Shown here in pieces: positions 1 through 14,478 of a stretch of DNA of 64,000 nt. Location of the stretch: NCBI RefSeq assembly GCF_016026235.1, contig NZ_CP065613.1; one strand, written 5' to 3'. The stretch is from Escherichia coli (GTDB lineage Bacteria > Pseudomonadota > Gammaproteobacteria > Enterobacterales > Enterobacteriaceae). Made by a program: the position numbers and the translations under genes. The notes below the pieces were generated by a model. That model was not told the DNA's origin, did no database searches, and saw only the letters and a list, made by a program, of their open reading frames with translations. How positions within the stretch are numbered: position 1 is the first letter of the stretch; each line of letters starts with the position of its first letter.

Positions 1-134
1 CGTATAAGGGAGCGGTGAGATAAACGATGGGCGTTACCTGACGCGAAAAATTCCTTATCGGCAGCGGGGTAATGAGCGTAACCAACTCTGCGACCGCAAT
101 TATAACACTCTGGGGAGAAATGTGCCGAAAACAT

Positions 135-839
135 TCATTCTTGTGGTGAAAACAAGCATCGTGGTACCCAGAAATTATTCGGCAATCGTCCGAGGCGCAT
201 TTGATTGAGATAATTAAGGTAATCCCGGCGGGGAATTTCGCAGGCACCAAGCGATGCTGTGTGATCGTTAAGGACCTGGCAGTCGATAAGCTTACCGCCA
301 TAACCGATAAATTCCTCACAGAATACCAGAAGCGCCGTTTTAGACGCATTTTCCATCCGGCTGAACATGGACTCGCCACAAAATAGCGTTCCCTGGGCCA
401 CGCCGTACATACCGCCGACAAGCTCATCTTCACGCCAGACTTCAATGGAGTGGGCATGGCCGAGTTCGTGAAGGCGATGGTAGGCTTCGACCACGCCACG
501 CGTGATCCAGGTTCCTTCTTCGCGATCGCTGGCACAGCCTTCAATGACCTGACCAAAAGCGTAATTCATCGTGACACGATAGGGCGAGCGTTTATGAAAT
601 CGCTTCATACTACGGCTGATATGCAGTGATTCTGGCCATAGCACCGCGCGGGGATCGGGCGACCACCAGAGGATGGGGTCGCCTGGAGAAAACCACGGAA
701 AAATACCACGCTGGTAAGCCATTAACAGGCGCGCAGGGCTAAGATCGCCCCCAAGTGCCAGCAGGCCGTTAGGCTCACGTAATGCGCCTTCCGGGGAAGG
801 GAAGGCTATTGAATGGCGAGAAAGCTGAACCAGGCGCAT
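135..839 (-). CDS. aat: Leucyl/phenylalanyl-tRNA--protein transferase
   Basis: 234-aa ORF recognised as Aat; position immediately upstream of cydC as in E. coli. Confidence 0.9.
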   Translation of the reverse strand: MRLVQLSRHSIAFPSPEGALREPNGLLALGGDLSPARLLMAYQRGIFPWFSPGDPILWWSPDPRAVLWPESLHISRSMKRFHKRSPYRVTMNYAFGQVIEGCASDREEGTWITRGVVEAYHRLHELGHAHSIEVWREDELVGGMYGVAQGTLFCGESMFSRMENASKTALLVFCEEFIGYGGKLIDCQVLNDHTASLGACEIPRRDYLNYLNQMRLGRLPNNFWVPRCLFSPQE

Positions 840-880
840 GACCGCAAAACTCCACGCAAGTCGGATCGTTCAATAATAGC

Positions 881-2602
881 TTACAAACCCTGCTTGAACT
901 GGTAATAACGCCCCTGTCTGGCAAGCAGCTCTGCGTGAGTACCTTGCTCAATAATTTGCCCGTTGTCCATCACTATTATTTGTTGGAAACGAGAGAGTCC
1001 GCGAAGTCGATGGGTGACCATTAACACCGTTTTCTCACGCATCATTTCTGCAAGCAATTCAAGGATCTGGCTTTCGGTTGTGGCATCTAAGCCTTCGGTA
1101 GGTTCATCCAGCAACACCAGTGGCGCATCATGTAACAGCGCACGGGCGATAGCCAGACGGCGCAGTTCACCACCGGAGAGCTGGCGTCCGCCTTCACCTA
1201 ACCAACTGTTGAGACCTGCATCCTCGAGCAGCTTCTCCAGACCAACGCGACGCAAGCTCTCCGCCAGAGCCTCATCACTACTGCCAGGCGAGGCGAGTAA
1301 CAGATTATCACGCAGCGTGGCGCTAAACAGATGCACTCGCTGAGGAACAACGCTGATGGTCTGTCGTAGAGCCGCTTCATTCAGGCTGGCTATGGGGCTA
1401 TCGTTAAGCAAAATCTCGCCCTGTTGCGGGTCCCAAGCGCGGGTCAGCAGTTGTAACAGTGTTGATTTGCCGCATCCGGTTCGCCCGAGAATCGCAATAT
1501 GTTCCCCGGCGTTTACCTGAAGAGAAATCCCTTTAAGTGCCTGTTGGGATTGCTCCGGATAAGTGAACTGAACATCCCGTAATGTCAGCGAAACGCGATC
1601 GGCAACACGAGTTTGGGTATCAGGGAAGGTGACTTCCGGTTTTTGATCCGTTAAATCAGTGATCCGAACGGCAGAGGCAATGACTTGCCCCAGATGCTGA
1701 AATGCACCCGTTACTGGTGCCAGTGCTTCAAACGCGGCTAACGCGCAGAAGACAAACAGGGCAATTAACGCGCCGGGTTGAGCATTGCCGCCAACGCCGC
1801 CAGACGCCATCCACAGCATCAGGATCACCGCTAACGCGCCAATGAGCAGCATTATCGCTTGCGACAATGCGGTCAGTTCAGATTGACGGCGTTGCGCTTC
1901 CAGCCATTGAATTTCTGTATTCTCTAGTTGCGTGCGATAACGATCGCTGGCACCAAAAATGGTCAGCTCAGCTTGCCCTTGCAGCCAGGCCGTCAGTTGT
2001 TGGCGATACTGTCCGCGAAGATGAGTCAGATTTTGCCCGGTGCTTTTTCCCGCACGATAAAACAGCGGTGGCATCAGGAAAAGCGTCAGTAACATAATGC
2101 CGCCCAGCGTAAAGGCGAGGGTGAAATCAAGGAAACTTAACCCGATTGTCACCACCATAATCACCACAAAAGCGCCCACCAGCGGCGAGATAACGCGCAG
2201 GTAAAGATGATCGAGCGTATCAACATCCGCCACCACGCGATTGAGCAATTCGCCCTGACGATAGCGCGCCAGTCCGGCAGGGGAGAGGGGCAACAATTTG
2301 CTGAAGGTGTAAATGCGCAGATGCTGCAACACGCGGAAAGTCGCGTCGTGACTTACCAGACGTTCAAAATAACGCCCGGCAGTACGGGTGATTGCGGCAC
2401 CACGCACGCCCGCAGCGGGTAGCATATAGTTGAAGCTGTACAGTCCGGCAACCCCCGCAACCGCTGAGGCCGAGAGGAACCAGCCGGAAAGTGTCAACAG
2501 ACCGATACTGGCGAGCAGCGTCACAATTGCCAGCACAATACCAAGACTTAACATCCATTTATGACGTTTATACAGTGCCAGATAGGGTAGCAAAGCGCGC
2601 AT
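881..2602 (-). CDS. cydC: ABC transporter CydC (glutathione/cysteine exporter needed for cytochrome bd assembly)
   Basis: 573-aa ORF with N-terminal transmembrane domain and C-terminal ABC ATPase (Walker A GRTGCGKST, signature LSGGE); stop abuts cydD. Confidence 0.93.
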   Translation of the reverse strand: MRALLPYLALYKRHKWMLSLGIVLAIVTLLASIGLLTLSGWFLSASAVAGVAGLYSFNYMLPAAGVRGAAITRTAGRYFERLVSHDATFRVLQHLRIYTFSKLLPLSPAGLARYRQGELLNRVVADVDTLDHLYLRVISPLVGAFVVIMVVTIGLSFLDFTLAFTLGGIMLLTLFLMPPLFYRAGKSTGQNLTHLRGQYRQQLTAWLQGQAELTIFGASDRYRTQLENTEIQWLEAQRRQSELTALSQAIMLLIGALAVILMLWMASGGVGGNAQPGALIALFVFCALAAFEALAPVTGAFQHLGQVIASAVRITDLTDQKPEVTFPDTQTRVADRVSLTLRDVQFTYPEQSQQALKGISLQVNAGEHIAILGRTGCGKSTLLQLLTRAWDPQQGEILLNDSPIASLNEAALRQTISVVPQRVHLFSATLRDNLLLASPGSSDEALAESLRRVGLEKLLEDAGLNSWLGEGGRQLSGGELRRLAIARALLHDAPLVLLDEPTEGLDATTESQILELLAEMMREKTVLMVTHRLRGLSRFQQIIVMDNGQIIEQGTHAELLARQGRYYQFKQGL

Positions 2603-4369
2603 TTAAATCTCCTCCTGACGATGGGCCAGTAATGTGGCGAATGGGCCACCAGCCACACTTAATTCCGCGTAACGTCCTTGCTCAATAATCCGGCCATCCT
2701 GCATAACCCAAATGACATCCCAGTCAGCAAGATCTTCTAACTGGTGGGTGACCATTAACGTTGTCTGGCGCAGAGAGGCGGCATTCAGCGCCTCCATTAC
2801 GCGCTGTTCACTGTGAGCATCAAGGCTGGCAGCGGGTTCATCCAACAGTAATAGCGAACAGGGATTTAGTAACGCACGGGCCACCGCCACGCGCTGCGCC
2901 TGCCCCACGGAAAGGCGGGCAGCCTGGTCGCCAACAGGCGTATCAACGCCTTGTGGCAGGAGCGGTAGAAACTCGCTGACCCAGGCGTTATCCAGCGCTG
3001 CTTGTAATTCATGTTCGCTGGCATCAGGTCGCGGCAGTAGTACGTTATCCCGTAATGTTGCTGCCGGTAATTGTGGATTTTGCCCAACCCAGGAGAGATG
3101 TTTACGCCATGATTCTGGTGATAAATCGCGTAATTCTATCCCGTTGATTCGTAGCGATCCCTGATATGAGAGAAAACCAGAAAGCGCGTTCAACAGTGAA
3201 CTTTTACCTGAACCGCTGCGACCAACCAACACGGCACGTTGGCCTGCTGGCAAAGTAAAGTTCAGCGGTCCGGCCAGCGTTTTACCTTCCGGCGACGTGA
3301 TAAACAGATCCTCGGCCTCAATGGTCACCGGAGCGGTCGATGCTAATTCCACCTCGCCACGCTGCGGATGGGCGAGCGGGGTTTCCATAAACGTTTTCAG
3401 ACTGTCAGCTGCACCAACAGCCTGGGCTTTAGCATGATAAAACGTACCGAGATCGCGTAATGGCTGGAAAAACTCTGGCGCAAGGATCAGGGCCAGAAAA
3501 CCCGCAGACAGCGTCACGCCAGTATCGTAGTGACCAAAATCCAGCTCGCCGAGATAGGAAAAACCAAAGTAGACCGCCACCAGAGCAATTGACAGCGAGG
3601 TAAAAAATTCGAGAATGCCGGAGGATAAAAATGCCAGCCGTAGCACTTCCATTGTCCGTTGGCGGAAATCTTCCGAAGCAGAACGAATACTTTCAATTTC
3701 AGCTTCACCACGACCAAAAATACGCAATGTTTCCATGCCGCGCAGGCGATCGAGGAAATGCCCACTTAAGCGAGCAAGAGCGAGAAAGTTACGTCGGTTA
3801 GCATCGGCAGCCCCCATTCCAACCAGCGCCATAAACAACGGAATTAACGGTGCAGTGCCCAGCAGAATGAGCGCCGCAGCCCAGTTTGAGGGGAAGATTG
3901 CCACCACAATCAGCAATGGCACCGACACTGCCAGCGCCATTTGCGGCAGGTAGCGTGCATAGTAATCATGCATATCGTCAATTTGCTCGAGTACCAGCGT
4001 CGCCCAGCTCCCCGCAGGTTTACCCTGAATCCACGCTGGCCCTGCTTGTTGCAGACGGTCGAGAACCTGCCGGCGGATGGCAAAGCGGATATGCTGCCCG
4101 GCGTGATAACCCACCCGTTCGCGTAACCAGACCACCCATGCGCGCAGTACAAAGGTCAGAACCAGTAACGTAAAGGGAAGCAGCAGGGCTTCACGGGGAA
4201 TATTCTCCATAATCATATGTTGCAGAATTCGCGCCATGAACCAGGCCTGGGCAATGATCAATATGCCGCTCACAAAGCCCAGCAGACGAGAAATATTCAG
4301 CCAACGTTGGGAGATGACGCTTTGCTGTTTTAACCAGCGGGTTAACTCTTTTTGACGAGATTTATTCAT
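2603..4369 (-). CDS. cydD: ABC transporter CydD
   Basis: 588-aa ORF, TMD plus ABC ATPase (GRSGSGKSS Walker A); partner of cydC. Confidence 0.93.
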   Translation of the reverse strand: MNKSRQKELTRWLKQQSVISQRWLNISRLLGFVSGILIIAQAWFMARILQHMIMENIPREALLLPFTLLVLTFVLRAWVVWLRERVGYHAGQHIRFAIRRQVLDRLQQAGPAWIQGKPAGSWATLVLEQIDDMHDYYARYLPQMALAVSVPLLIVVAIFPSNWAAALILLGTAPLIPLFMALVGMGAADANRRNFLALARLSGHFLDRLRGMETLRIFGRGEAEIESIRSASEDFRQRTMEVLRLAFLSSGILEFFTSLSIALVAVYFGFSYLGELDFGHYDTGVTLSAGFLALILAPEFFQPLRDLGTFYHAKAQAVGAADSLKTFMETPLAHPQRGEVELASTAPVTIEAEDLFITSPEGKTLAGPLNFTLPAGQRAVLVGRSGSGKSSLLNALSGFLSYQGSLRINGIELRDLSPESWRKHLSWVGQNPQLPAATLRDNVLLPRPDASEHELQAALDNAWVSEFLPLLPQGVDTPVGDQAARLSVGQAQRVAVARALLNPCSLLLLDEPAASLDAHSEQRVMEALNAASLRQTTLMVTHQLEDLADWDVIWVMQDGRIIEQGRYAELSVAGGPFATLLAHRQEEI

Positions 4370-4424
4370 TGCACGCTTAGCAGGTGAGTTATCAGAATTA
4401 TTTGCAGAGCAATGTTACAACGGG

Positions 4425-4462
4425 GAAAAAATAAAGGCGACCCATAGTCGCATGGTGTCGCC
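4425..4462 (-). terminator. Rho-independent terminator downstream of trxB
   Basis: GC-rich hairpin GGCGAC..GTCGCC followed by a T-run on the minus strand. Confidence 0.6.
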
Positions 4463-4491
4463 TTCTTTACTTTTGTTACTGATTTGTAAAA

Positions 4492-5574
<1,083 letters not shown>

Positions 5575-6001
5575 TCAAATTCTCCCGTCATTATCACCTC
5601 TGCTACTTAAATTTCCCGCTTTATAAGCCGATTAAATGATGAATAAACGCCCCTGTTAATGAATATCTGGCATGTTGTACTAAAAATCGATGTTTTGCTT
5701 TGACAATCCCCTAGTGTTTTGCGAAAACATTCGAGGAAGAAAAAAAACAGTATTCTTATATGCGCATAACCATGCATGTAAATACCATGTTTACCGTGCT
5801 AGTGAAATCTACGTATGGCGTGGACAGACGCCATTCGTGATGTCGATAGCTGCCACAAGGCAACGGTCTTCTCACCGTAGACCTAGGCATTGCGCGCCGT
5901 GAATCTTCATGATTTCGGTCTATCGTGACGGGTAGCGACTCTGAACAGTGATGTTTCAGGGTCAGACAGGAGTAGGGAAGGAATACAGAGAGACAATAAT
6001 A

Positions 6002-6496
6002 ATGGTAGATAGCAAGAAGCGCCCTGGCAAAGATCTCGACCGTATCGATCGTAACATTCTTAATGAGTTGCAAAAGGATGGGCGTATTTCTAACGTCGAG
6101 CTTTCTAAACGTGTGGGACTTTCCCCAACGCCGTGCCTTGAGCGTGTGCGTCGGCTGGAAAGACAAGGGTTTATTCAGGGCTATACGGCGCTGCTTAACC
6201 CCCATTATCTGGATGCATCACTTCTGGTATTCGTTGAGATTACTCTGAATCGTGGCGCACCGGATGTGTTTGAACAATTCAATACCGCTGTACAAAAACT
6301 TGAAGAAATTCAGGAGTGTCATTTAGTATCTGGTGATTTCGACTACCTGTTGAAAACACGCGTGCCGGATATGTCAGCTTACCGTAAGTTGCTGGGGGAA
6401 ACCCTGCTGCGTCTGCCTGGCGTCAATGACACACGGACATACGTTGTTATGGAAGAAGTCAAGCAGAGTAATCGTCTGGTTATTAAGACGCGCTAA
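6002..6496 (+). CDS. lrp: Leucine-responsive regulatory protein (AsnC family)
   Basis: ORF 5948..6496 trimmed to MVDSKKRPGKDLDRIDRNIL giving 164 aa; divergent from trxB with a long upstream regulatory region. Confidence 0.93.
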   Translation: MVDSKKRPGKDLDRIDRNILNELQKDGRISNVELSKRVGLSPTPCLERVRRLERQGFIQGYTALLNPHYLDASLLVFVEITLNRGAPDVFEQFNTAVQKLEEIQECHLVSGDFDYLLKTRVPDMSAYRKLLGETLLRLPGVNDTRTYVVMEEVKQSNRLVIKTR

Positions 6497-6630
6497 CACG
6501 GAACAGGTGCAAAATCGGCGTATTTTGATTACACTCCTGTTAATCCATACAGCAACAGTACTGGGGTAACCTGGTACTGTTGTCCGTTTTAGCATCGGGC
6601 AGGAAAAGCCTGTAACCTGGAGAGCCTTTC

Positions 6631-9600
6631 TTGAGCCAGGAATACACTGAAGACAAAGAAGTCACATTGACAAAGTTAAGTAGCGGCCGTCGCCTTCTGG
6701 AAGCGTTGCTGATCCTTATTGTCCTGTTTGCCGTCTGGTTGATGGCTGCCTTACTAAGCTTTAACCCTTCGGACCCCAGCTGGTCGCAAACGGCCTGGCA
6801 TGAACCTATCCATAATTTAGGTGGGATGCCCGGTGCGTGGCTGGCAGATACGCTGTTCTTTATTTTTGGCGTGATGGCTTACACCATTCCCGTCATTATT
6901 GTCGGCGGTTGTTGGTTTGCCTGGCGTCATCAGTCCAGTGACGAATACATTGATTATTTTGCCGTTTCGCTACGCATCATTGGCGTTTTGGCGCTCATCC
7001 TTACCTCCTGTGGTCTGGCGGCAATCAACGCTGACGATATCTGGTATTTTGCCTCCGGTGGCGTCATTGGCAGCTTACTAAGCACTACGCTACAACCACT
7101 GCTACACAGTAGCGGGGGAACTATTGCGCTGCTCTGCGTTTGGGCTGCGGGCCTGACGCTGTTCACCGGTTGGTCATGGGTGACCATTGCTGAAAAACTC
7201 GGCGGCTGGATTTTAAACATTCTCACCTTCGCTAGTAATCGTACCCGTCGCGATGATACCTGGGTCGATGAAGATGAATATGAAGATGACGAAGAGTATG
7301 AAGATGAAAACCACGGCAAACAGCATGAATCACGCCGTGCCCGTATTCTTCGCGGCGCGCTAGCGCGTCGTAAACGGTTGGCGGAAAAATTCATTAATCC
7401 GATGGGGCGGCAAACAGACGCTGCGTTGTTCTCCGGTAAGCGGATGGATGATGACGAAGAGATTACCTACACTGCACGCGGTGTGGCTGCCGACCCGGAC
7501 GACGTCCTATTTTCGGGCAATCGTGCAACGCAGCCAGAATATGACGAATACGATCCATTATTAAACGGTGCGCCAATTACCGAACCTGTCGCTGTGGCAG
7601 CTGCTGCTACCACGGCGACACAAAGCTGGGCTGCGCCGGTTGAACCTGTGACTCAGACGCCGCCTGTTGCCTCTGTTGATGTTCCACCTTCGCAACCTAC
7701 AGTAGCCTGGCAGCCTGTACCGGGTCCACAAACGGGAGAGCCGGTTATTGCTCCTGCACCGGAAGGTTACCCACAGCAGTCACAATATGTGCAGCCTGCA
7801 GTGCAATATAATGAGCCGCTGCAACAACCAGTACAGCCGCAGCAGCCGTATTATGCACCTGCAGCTGAACAACCTGCGCAACAACCTTACTACGCTCCTG
7901 CGGCGGAACAACCTGTTCAGCAACCGTATTACGCCCCTGCGCCAGAACAACCGGTGGCAGGTAACGCCTGGCAAGCCGAAGAGCAGCAATCCACTTTTGC
8001 TCCACAGTCTACATACCAGACTGAGCAAACTTATCAGCAACCAGCCGCTCAGGAGCCGTTGTACCAACAGCCGCAATCCGTTGAACAGCAGCCTGTTGTG
8101 GAGCCTGAACCCGTTGTAGAAGAGACAAAACCCGCGCGTCCGCCGCTTTACTATTTTGAAGAAGTGGAAGAGAAGCGAGCCCGTGAACGTGAACAACTTG
8201 CGGCCTGGTATCAACCGATTCCAGAACCGGTTAAAGAACCAGAACCGATCAAATCTTCGTTGAAAGCGCCTTCTGTTGCAGCAGTACCTCCAGTAGAAGC
8301 CGCTGCCGCTGTTTCTCCGCTGGCATCTGGCGTGAAAAAAGCGACACTGGCGACGGGGGCTGCCGCAACCGTTGCCGCGCCAGTCTTCAGTCTGGCAAAT
8401 AGCGGTGGACCGCGTCCGCAAGTCAAAGAGGGGATTGGCCCGCAGTTGCCACGACCGAAACGTATCCGCGTGCCAACTCGTCGTGAACTGGCGTCTTACG
8501 GTATTAAGCTGCCCTCACAGCGTGCGGCGGAAGAGAAAGCCCGTGAAGCCCAGCGCAATCAGTATGATTCTGGCGATCAGTATAACGATGATGAAATCGA
8601 TGCGATGCAGCAGGATGAACTGGCACGTCAGTTCGCCCAGACACAGCAGCAACGCTATGGCGAACAGTATCAACATGATGTGCCCGTAAACGCAGAAGAT
8701 GCAGATGCTGCGGCAGAGGCTGAACTGGCTCGTCAGTTTGCGCAAACTCAACAACAACGTTATTCCGGCGAACAACCGGCTGGGGCGAATCCGTTCTCGC
8801 TGGATGATTTTGAATTTTCGCCAATGAAAGCGTTGCTGGATGATGGTCCACACGAACCGTTGTTTACGCCAATTGTTGAACCTGTACAGCAGCCGCAACA
8901 ACCGGTTGCACCGCAGCAGCAGTATCAGCAGCCACAACAGCCGGTTGCGCCACAGCAGCAATATCAGCAGCCGCAACAGCCGGTTGCGCCGCAGCCGCAG
9001 TATCAGCAGCCACAACAGCAGGTTGCGCCGCAGCCACAATATCAGCAGCCGCAACAACCGGTTGCGCCACAGCAGCAATATCAGCAGCCGCAACAACCGA
9101 TTGCGCCACAGCAGCAATATCAGCAGCCGCAACAACCAGTTGCGCCGCAGCCGCAGTATCAACAGCCGCAACAACCGGTTGCACCGCAGCAGCAGGATAC
9201 CCTGCTTCATCCGCTGTTGATGCGTAATGGCGACAGCCGTCCGTTGCATAAACCGACGACGCCGCTGCCTTCTCTGGATTTGCTGACACCGCCGCCGAGC
9301 GAAGTGGAGCCGGTAGATACCTTTGCGCTTGAACAAATGGCTCGCCTGGTGGAAGCGCGTCTGGCTGATTTCCGTATTAAAGCCGATGTCGTCAATTACT
9401 CTCCGGGGCCGGTTATCACTCGCTTTGAACTTAACCTGGCTCCTGGCGTAAAAGCGGCGCGCATTTCTAACTTGTCACGGGACCTTGCCCGTTCACTTTC
9501 GACGGTGGCGGTGCGTGTCGTTGAAGTTATTCCTGGCAAACCCTATGTAGGTCTGGAGTTACCAAATAAAAAACGACAAACCGTTTATCTGCGCGAAGTT

Positions 9601-10737
9601 TTGGATAACGCCAAATTCCGCGATAATCCGTCGCCATTAACCGTGGTGCTGGGTAAAGATATCGCCGGTGAGCCGGTGGTTGCCGATCTGGCGAAAATGC
9701 CGCACTTGTTGGTTGCGGGGACTACCGGTTCCGGTAAATCTGTCGGTGTGAACGCGATGATCCTGAGCATGCTTTATAAAGCACAGCCAGAAGATGTGCG
9801 TTTCATCATGATCGACCCGAAAATGCTGGAGCTTTCGGTTTATGAAGGCATTCCGCATCTGTTAACGGAAGTCGTTACTGATATGAAAGATGCCGCCAAC
9901 GCGCTGCGCTGGTGTGTTAACGAGATGGAGCGTCGTTATAAACTGATGTCTGCGCTGGGTGTGCGTAATCTGGCGGGTTATAACGAAAAAATTGCTGAAG
10001 CCGATCGCATGATGCGTCCGATTCCAGACCCGTACTGGAAGCCGGGTGACAGTATGGATGCCCAGCATCCGGTGCTGAAAAAAGAACCATACATTGTGGT
10101 GTTGGTTGACGAATTTGCCGACCTGATGATGACGGTAGGTAAAAAAGTGGAAGAGCTGATAGCACGTCTGGCGCAAAAAGCCCGTGCCGCGGGTATCCAC
10201 CTCGTACTGGCAACTCAGCGTCCATCGGTTGATGTTATTACTGGTCTGATTAAAGCGAATATTCCGACCCGTATCGCCTTTACCGTATCCAGCAAGATTG
10301 ACTCACGTACCATTCTTGATCAGGCTGGCGCGGAATCACTGCTGGGGATGGGGGATATGCTCTACTCTGGGCCGAACTCCACGTTGCCGGTACGTGTCCA
10401 TGGTGCTTTTGTTCGCGATCAGGAAGTTCATGCCGTGGTGCAGGACTGGAAAGCGCGTGGTCGCCCACAGTATGTTGATGGCATCACTTCCGACAGTGAA
10501 AGCGAAGGTGGCGCGGGCGGTTTCGATGGCGCTGAAGAACTGGATCCGTTGTTCGATCAGGCGGTGCAGTTTGTCACTGAAAAACGCAAAGCGTCAATTT
10601 CTGGCGTACAGCGTCAGTTCCGCATTGGTTATAACCGTGCAGCGCGTATTATCGAACAGATGGAAGCGCAGGGGATTGTCAGCGAACAGGGGCACAACGG
10701 TAATCGTGAAGTGCTGGCCCCACCGCCGTTTGACTAA
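6631..10737 (+). CDS. ftsK: DNA translocase FtsK (TTG start), long-linker variant
   Basis: 1368-aa ORF: N-terminal membrane domain, Pro/Gln-rich linker, C-terminal motor domain (Walker A GTTGSGKS) and gamma domain. Confidence 0.93.
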   Translation: MSQEYTEDKEVTLTKLSSGRRLLEALLILIVLFAVWLMAALLSFNPSDPSWSQTAWHEPIHNLGGMPGAWLADTLFFIFGVMAYTIPVIIVGGCWFAWRHQSSDEYIDYFAVSLRIIGVLALILTSCGLAAINADDIWYFASGGVIGSLLSTTLQPLLHSSGGTIALLCVWAAGLTLFTGWSWVTIAEKLGGWILNILTFASNRTRRDDTWVDEDEYEDDEEYEDENHGKQHESRRARILRGALARRKRLAEKFINPMGRQTDAALFSGKRMDDDEEITYTARGVAADPDDVLFSGNRATQPEYDEYDPLLNGAPITEPVAVAAAATTATQSWAAPVEPVTQTPPVASVDVPPSQPTVAWQPVPGPQTGEPVIAPAPEGYPQQSQYVQPAVQYNEPLQQPVQPQQPYYAPAAEQPAQQPYYAPAAEQPVQQPYYAPAPEQPVAGNAWQAEEQQSTFAPQSTYQTEQTYQQPAAQEPLYQQPQSVEQQPVVEPEPVVEETKPARPPLYYFEEVEEKRAREREQLAAWYQPIPEPVKEPEPIKSSLKAPSVAAVPPVEAAAAVSPLASGVKKATLATGAAATVAAPVFSLANSGGPRPQVKEGIGPQLPRPKRIRVPTRRELASYGIKLPSQRAAEEKAREAQRNQYDSGDQYNDDEIDAMQQDELARQFAQTQQQRYGEQYQHDVPVNAEDADAAAEAELARQFAQTQQQRYSGEQPAGANPFSLDDFEFSPMKALLDDGPHEPLFTPIVEPVQQPQQPVAPQQQYQQPQQPVAPQQQYQQPQQPVAPQPQYQQPQQQVAPQPQYQQPQQPVAPQQQYQQPQQPIAPQQQYQQPQQPVAPQPQYQQPQQPVAPQQQDTLLHPLLMRNGDSRPLHKPTTPLPSLDLLTPPPSEVEPVDTFALEQMARLVEARLADFRIKADVVNYSPGPVITRFELNLAPGVKAARISNLSRDLARSLSTVAVRVVEVIPGKPYVGLELPNKKRQTVYLREVLDNAKFRDNPSPLTVVLGKDIAGEPVVADLAKMPHLLVAGTTGSGKSVGVNAMILSMLYKAQPEDVRFIMIDPKMLELSVYEGIPHLLTEVVTDMKDAANALRWCVNEMERRYKLMSALGVRNLAGYNEKIAEADRMMRPIPDPYWKPGDSMDAQHPVLKKEPYIVVLVDEFADLMMTVGKKVEELIARLAQKARAAGIHLVLATQRPSVDVITGLIKANIPTRIAFTVSSKIDSRTILDQAGAESLLGMGDMLYSGPNSTLPVRVHGAFVRDQEVHAVVQDWKARGRPQYVDGITSDSESEGGAGGFDGAEELDPLFDQAVQFVTEKRKASISGVQRQFRIGYNRAARIIEQMEAQGIVSEQGHNGNREVLAPPPFD
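8887..9195 (+). repeat. In-frame tandem array of about 8 copies of a 39-bp unit encoding [13 protein letters not shown] variants in the FtsK linker
   Basis: Directly visible periodic repeat in the DNA and translation; a second 3-copy array ([13 protein letters not shown]) lies near 7840-7960. Confidence 0.85.
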
Positions 10738-10744
10738 TTAATGC

Positions 10745-10785
10745 ATTGCCGGATAAGGCGCGGTAGCGTCGCATCCGGCACTCTA
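10745..10785. repeat. REP-like palindromic element downstream of ftsK
   Basis: tgccggataaggcgcggtagcgtcgcatccggca resembles the GCCGGATAAGGCG / CGCATCCGGCA REP arms. Confidence 0.5.
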
Positions 10786-10891
10786 TCAACTGAAAATTCA
10801 GTATTTTCTTCTTTCCTCAAGCTGATTATTAGCCTGGAATAGAGAGTAGAGGGAACTCCCGATCGGGAGTGACGTAATTTGAGGAATAATG

Positions 10892-11503
10892 ATGAAAAAA
10901 ATTGCCATCACCTGTGCATTACTCTCAAGCTTAGTAGCAAGCAGCGTTTGGGCTGATGCCGCAAGCGATCTGAAAAGCCGCCTGGATAAAGTCAGCAGCT
11001 TCCACGCCAGCTTCACACAAAAAGTGACTGACGGTAGCGGCGCGGCGGTGCAGGAAGGTCAGGGCGATCTGTGGGTGAAACGTCCAAACTTATTCAACTG
11101 GCATATGACACAGCCTGATGAAAGCATTCTGGTTTCTGACGGTAAAACACTGTGGTTCTATAACCCGTTCGTTGAGCAAGCTACGGCAACTTGGCTGAAA
11201 GATGCCACCGGTAATACGCCGTTTATGCTGATTGCCCGCAACCAGTCCAGCGACTGGCAGCAGTACAATATCAAACAGAATGGCGATGACTTTGTCCTGA
11301 CGCCGAAAGCCAGCAATGGCAATCTGAAGCAGTTCACCATTAACGTGGGACGTGATGGCACAATCCATCAGTTTAGCGCGGTGGAGCAGGACGATCAGCG
11401 CAGCAGTTATCAACTGAAATCCCAGCAAAATGGGGCTGTGGATGCAGCGAAATTTACCTTCACCCCGCCGCAAGGCGTCACGGTAGATGATCAACGTAAG
11501 TAG
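10892..11503 (+). CDS. lolA: Outer-membrane lipoprotein carrier protein LolA
   Basis: ORF with signal peptide [21 protein letters not shown]; 203 aa from the second Met. Confidence 0.92.
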
Positions 11504-11513
11504 AGGCACCTGA

Positions 11514-12857
11514 GTGAGCAATCTGTCGCTCGATTTTTCGGATAATACTTTTCAACCTCTGGCCGCGCGTATGCGGCCAGAAAATTTAGCACAGTATATC
11601 GGCCAGCAACATTTGCTGGCTGCGGGGAAGCCGTTGCCGCGCGCTATCGAAGCCGGGCATCTGCATTCTATGATCCTCTGGGGGCCACCGGGTACCGGCA
11701 AAACAACTCTCGCTGAAGTGATTGCCCGCTATGCGAACGCTGATGTGGAACGTATTTCTGCCGTCACCTCTGGCGTGAAAGAGATTCGCGAGGCGATCGA
11801 GCGCGCCCGGCAAAACCGCAATGCAGGTCGCCGCACTATTCTTTTTGTTGACGAAGTTCACCGTTTCAACAAAAGCCAGCAGGATGCATTTCTGCCACAT
11901 ATTGAAGACGGCACCATCACTTTTATTGGCGCAACCACTGAAAACCCGTCGTTTGAGCTTAATTCGGCACTGCTTTCCCGTGCCCGTGTCTATCTGTTGA
12001 AATCCCTGAGTACAGAGGATATTGAGCAAGTACTAACTCAGGCGATGGAAGACAAAACCCGTGGCTATGGTGGTCAGGATATTGTTCTGCCAGATGAAAC
12101 ACGACGCGCCATTGCTGAACTGGTGAATGGCGACGCGCGCCGGGCGTTAAATACGCTGGAAATGATGGCGGATATGGCCGAAGTCGATGATAGCGGTAAG
12201 CGGGTCCTGAAGCCTGAATTACTGACCGAAATCGCAGGTGAACGTAGTGCCCGCTTTGATAACAAAGGTGATCGCTTTTACGATCTCATTTCCGCACTGC
12301 ATAAATCGGTACGTGGTAGCGCACCCGATGCGGCGCTGTACTGGTATGCGCGAATTATTACTGCCGGTGGCGATCCGTTATATGTTGCGCGTCGCTGTCT
12401 GGCGATTGCGTCTGAAGATGTGGGTAATGCTGATCCACGAGCGATGCAGGTGGCAATTGCAGCCTGGGATTGCTTTACTCGCGTTGGCCCGGCGGAAGGT
12501 GAACGCGCCATTGCTCAGGCGATTGTTTACCTGGCCTGCGCGCCAAAAAGCAACGCTGTCTACACTGCGTTTAAAGCTGCGCTGGCGGATGCTCGCGAAC
12601 GTCCGGATTATGACGTGCCGGTTCATTTGCGTAATGCGCCGACGAAATTAATGAAGGAAATGGGCTATGGGCAGGAATATCGTTACGCTCATGATGAAGC
12701 AAACGCTTATGCTGCCGGTGAGGTTTACTTCCCGCGGGAAATAGCACAAACACGCTATTATTTCCCGACAAACAGGGGCCTTGAAGGCAAGATTGGCGAA
12801 AAGCTCGCCTGGCTGGCTGAACAGGATCAAAATAGCCCCATAAAACGCTACCGTTAA
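11514..12857 (+). CDS. rarA: Replication-associated recombination protein A (AAA+ ATPase, MgsA/YcaJ)
   Basis: 447-aa ORF, GTG start, Walker [10 protein letters not shown]. Confidence 0.92.
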   Translation: MSNLSLDFSDNTFQPLAARMRPENLAQYIGQQHLLAAGKPLPRAIEAGHLHSMILWGPPGTGKTTLAEVIARYANADVERISAVTSGVKEIREAIERARQNRNAGRRTILFVDEVHRFNKSQQDAFLPHIEDGTITFIGATTENPSFELNSALLSRARVYLLKSLSTEDIEQVLTQAMEDKTRGYGGQDIVLPDETRRAIAELVNGDARRALNTLEMMADMAEVDDSGKRVLKPELLTEIAGERSARFDNKGDRFYDLISALHKSVRGSAPDAALYWYARIITAGGDPLYVARRCLAIASEDVGNADPRAMQVAIAAWDCFTRVGPAEGERAIAQAIVYLACAPKSNAVYTAFKAALADARERPDYDVPVHLRNAPTKLMKEMGYGQEYRYAHDEANAYAAGEVYFPREIAQTRYYFPTNRGLEGKIGEKLAWLAEQDQNSPIKRYR

Positions 12858-12926
12858 TGTTATCGTTGCGGTAATGTTGTTACTGTATCCCTGTGGTCGC
12901 AGGCTGTGGCCACATCTCCCATTTAA

Positions 12927-14240
<1,314 letters not shown>

Positions 14241-14258
14241 TACCCAATTTTTCTGAAT

Positions 14259-14288
14259 CTAAAAAGCGCCTGCGGGCGCTTTTTTTGT
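14259..14288 (+). terminator. Rho-independent terminator of serS
   Basis: aaaaaGCGCCtgcgGGCGCttttttt hairpin plus T-run. Confidence 0.8.
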
Positions 14289-14478
14289 CTCCCTTTGATA
14301 CCGAACAATAATTACTCCTCACTTACACGTAATACTACTTTCGAGTGAAAATCTACCTATCTCTTTGATTTTCAAATTATTCGATGTATACAAGCCTATA
14401 TAGCGAGCTGCTATAGAAATAATTACACAATACGGTTTGTTACTGGAATCAATCGTGAGCAAGCTTGAGTGAGCCATT

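Noticed and set aside
8515-9336. 273-aa and 141-aa antisense ORFs with LLRLLIL-type repeats opposite the ftsK linker
   Set aside because: These are reverse-frame readings of the in-frame ftsK PQ repeat array and not independent genes.
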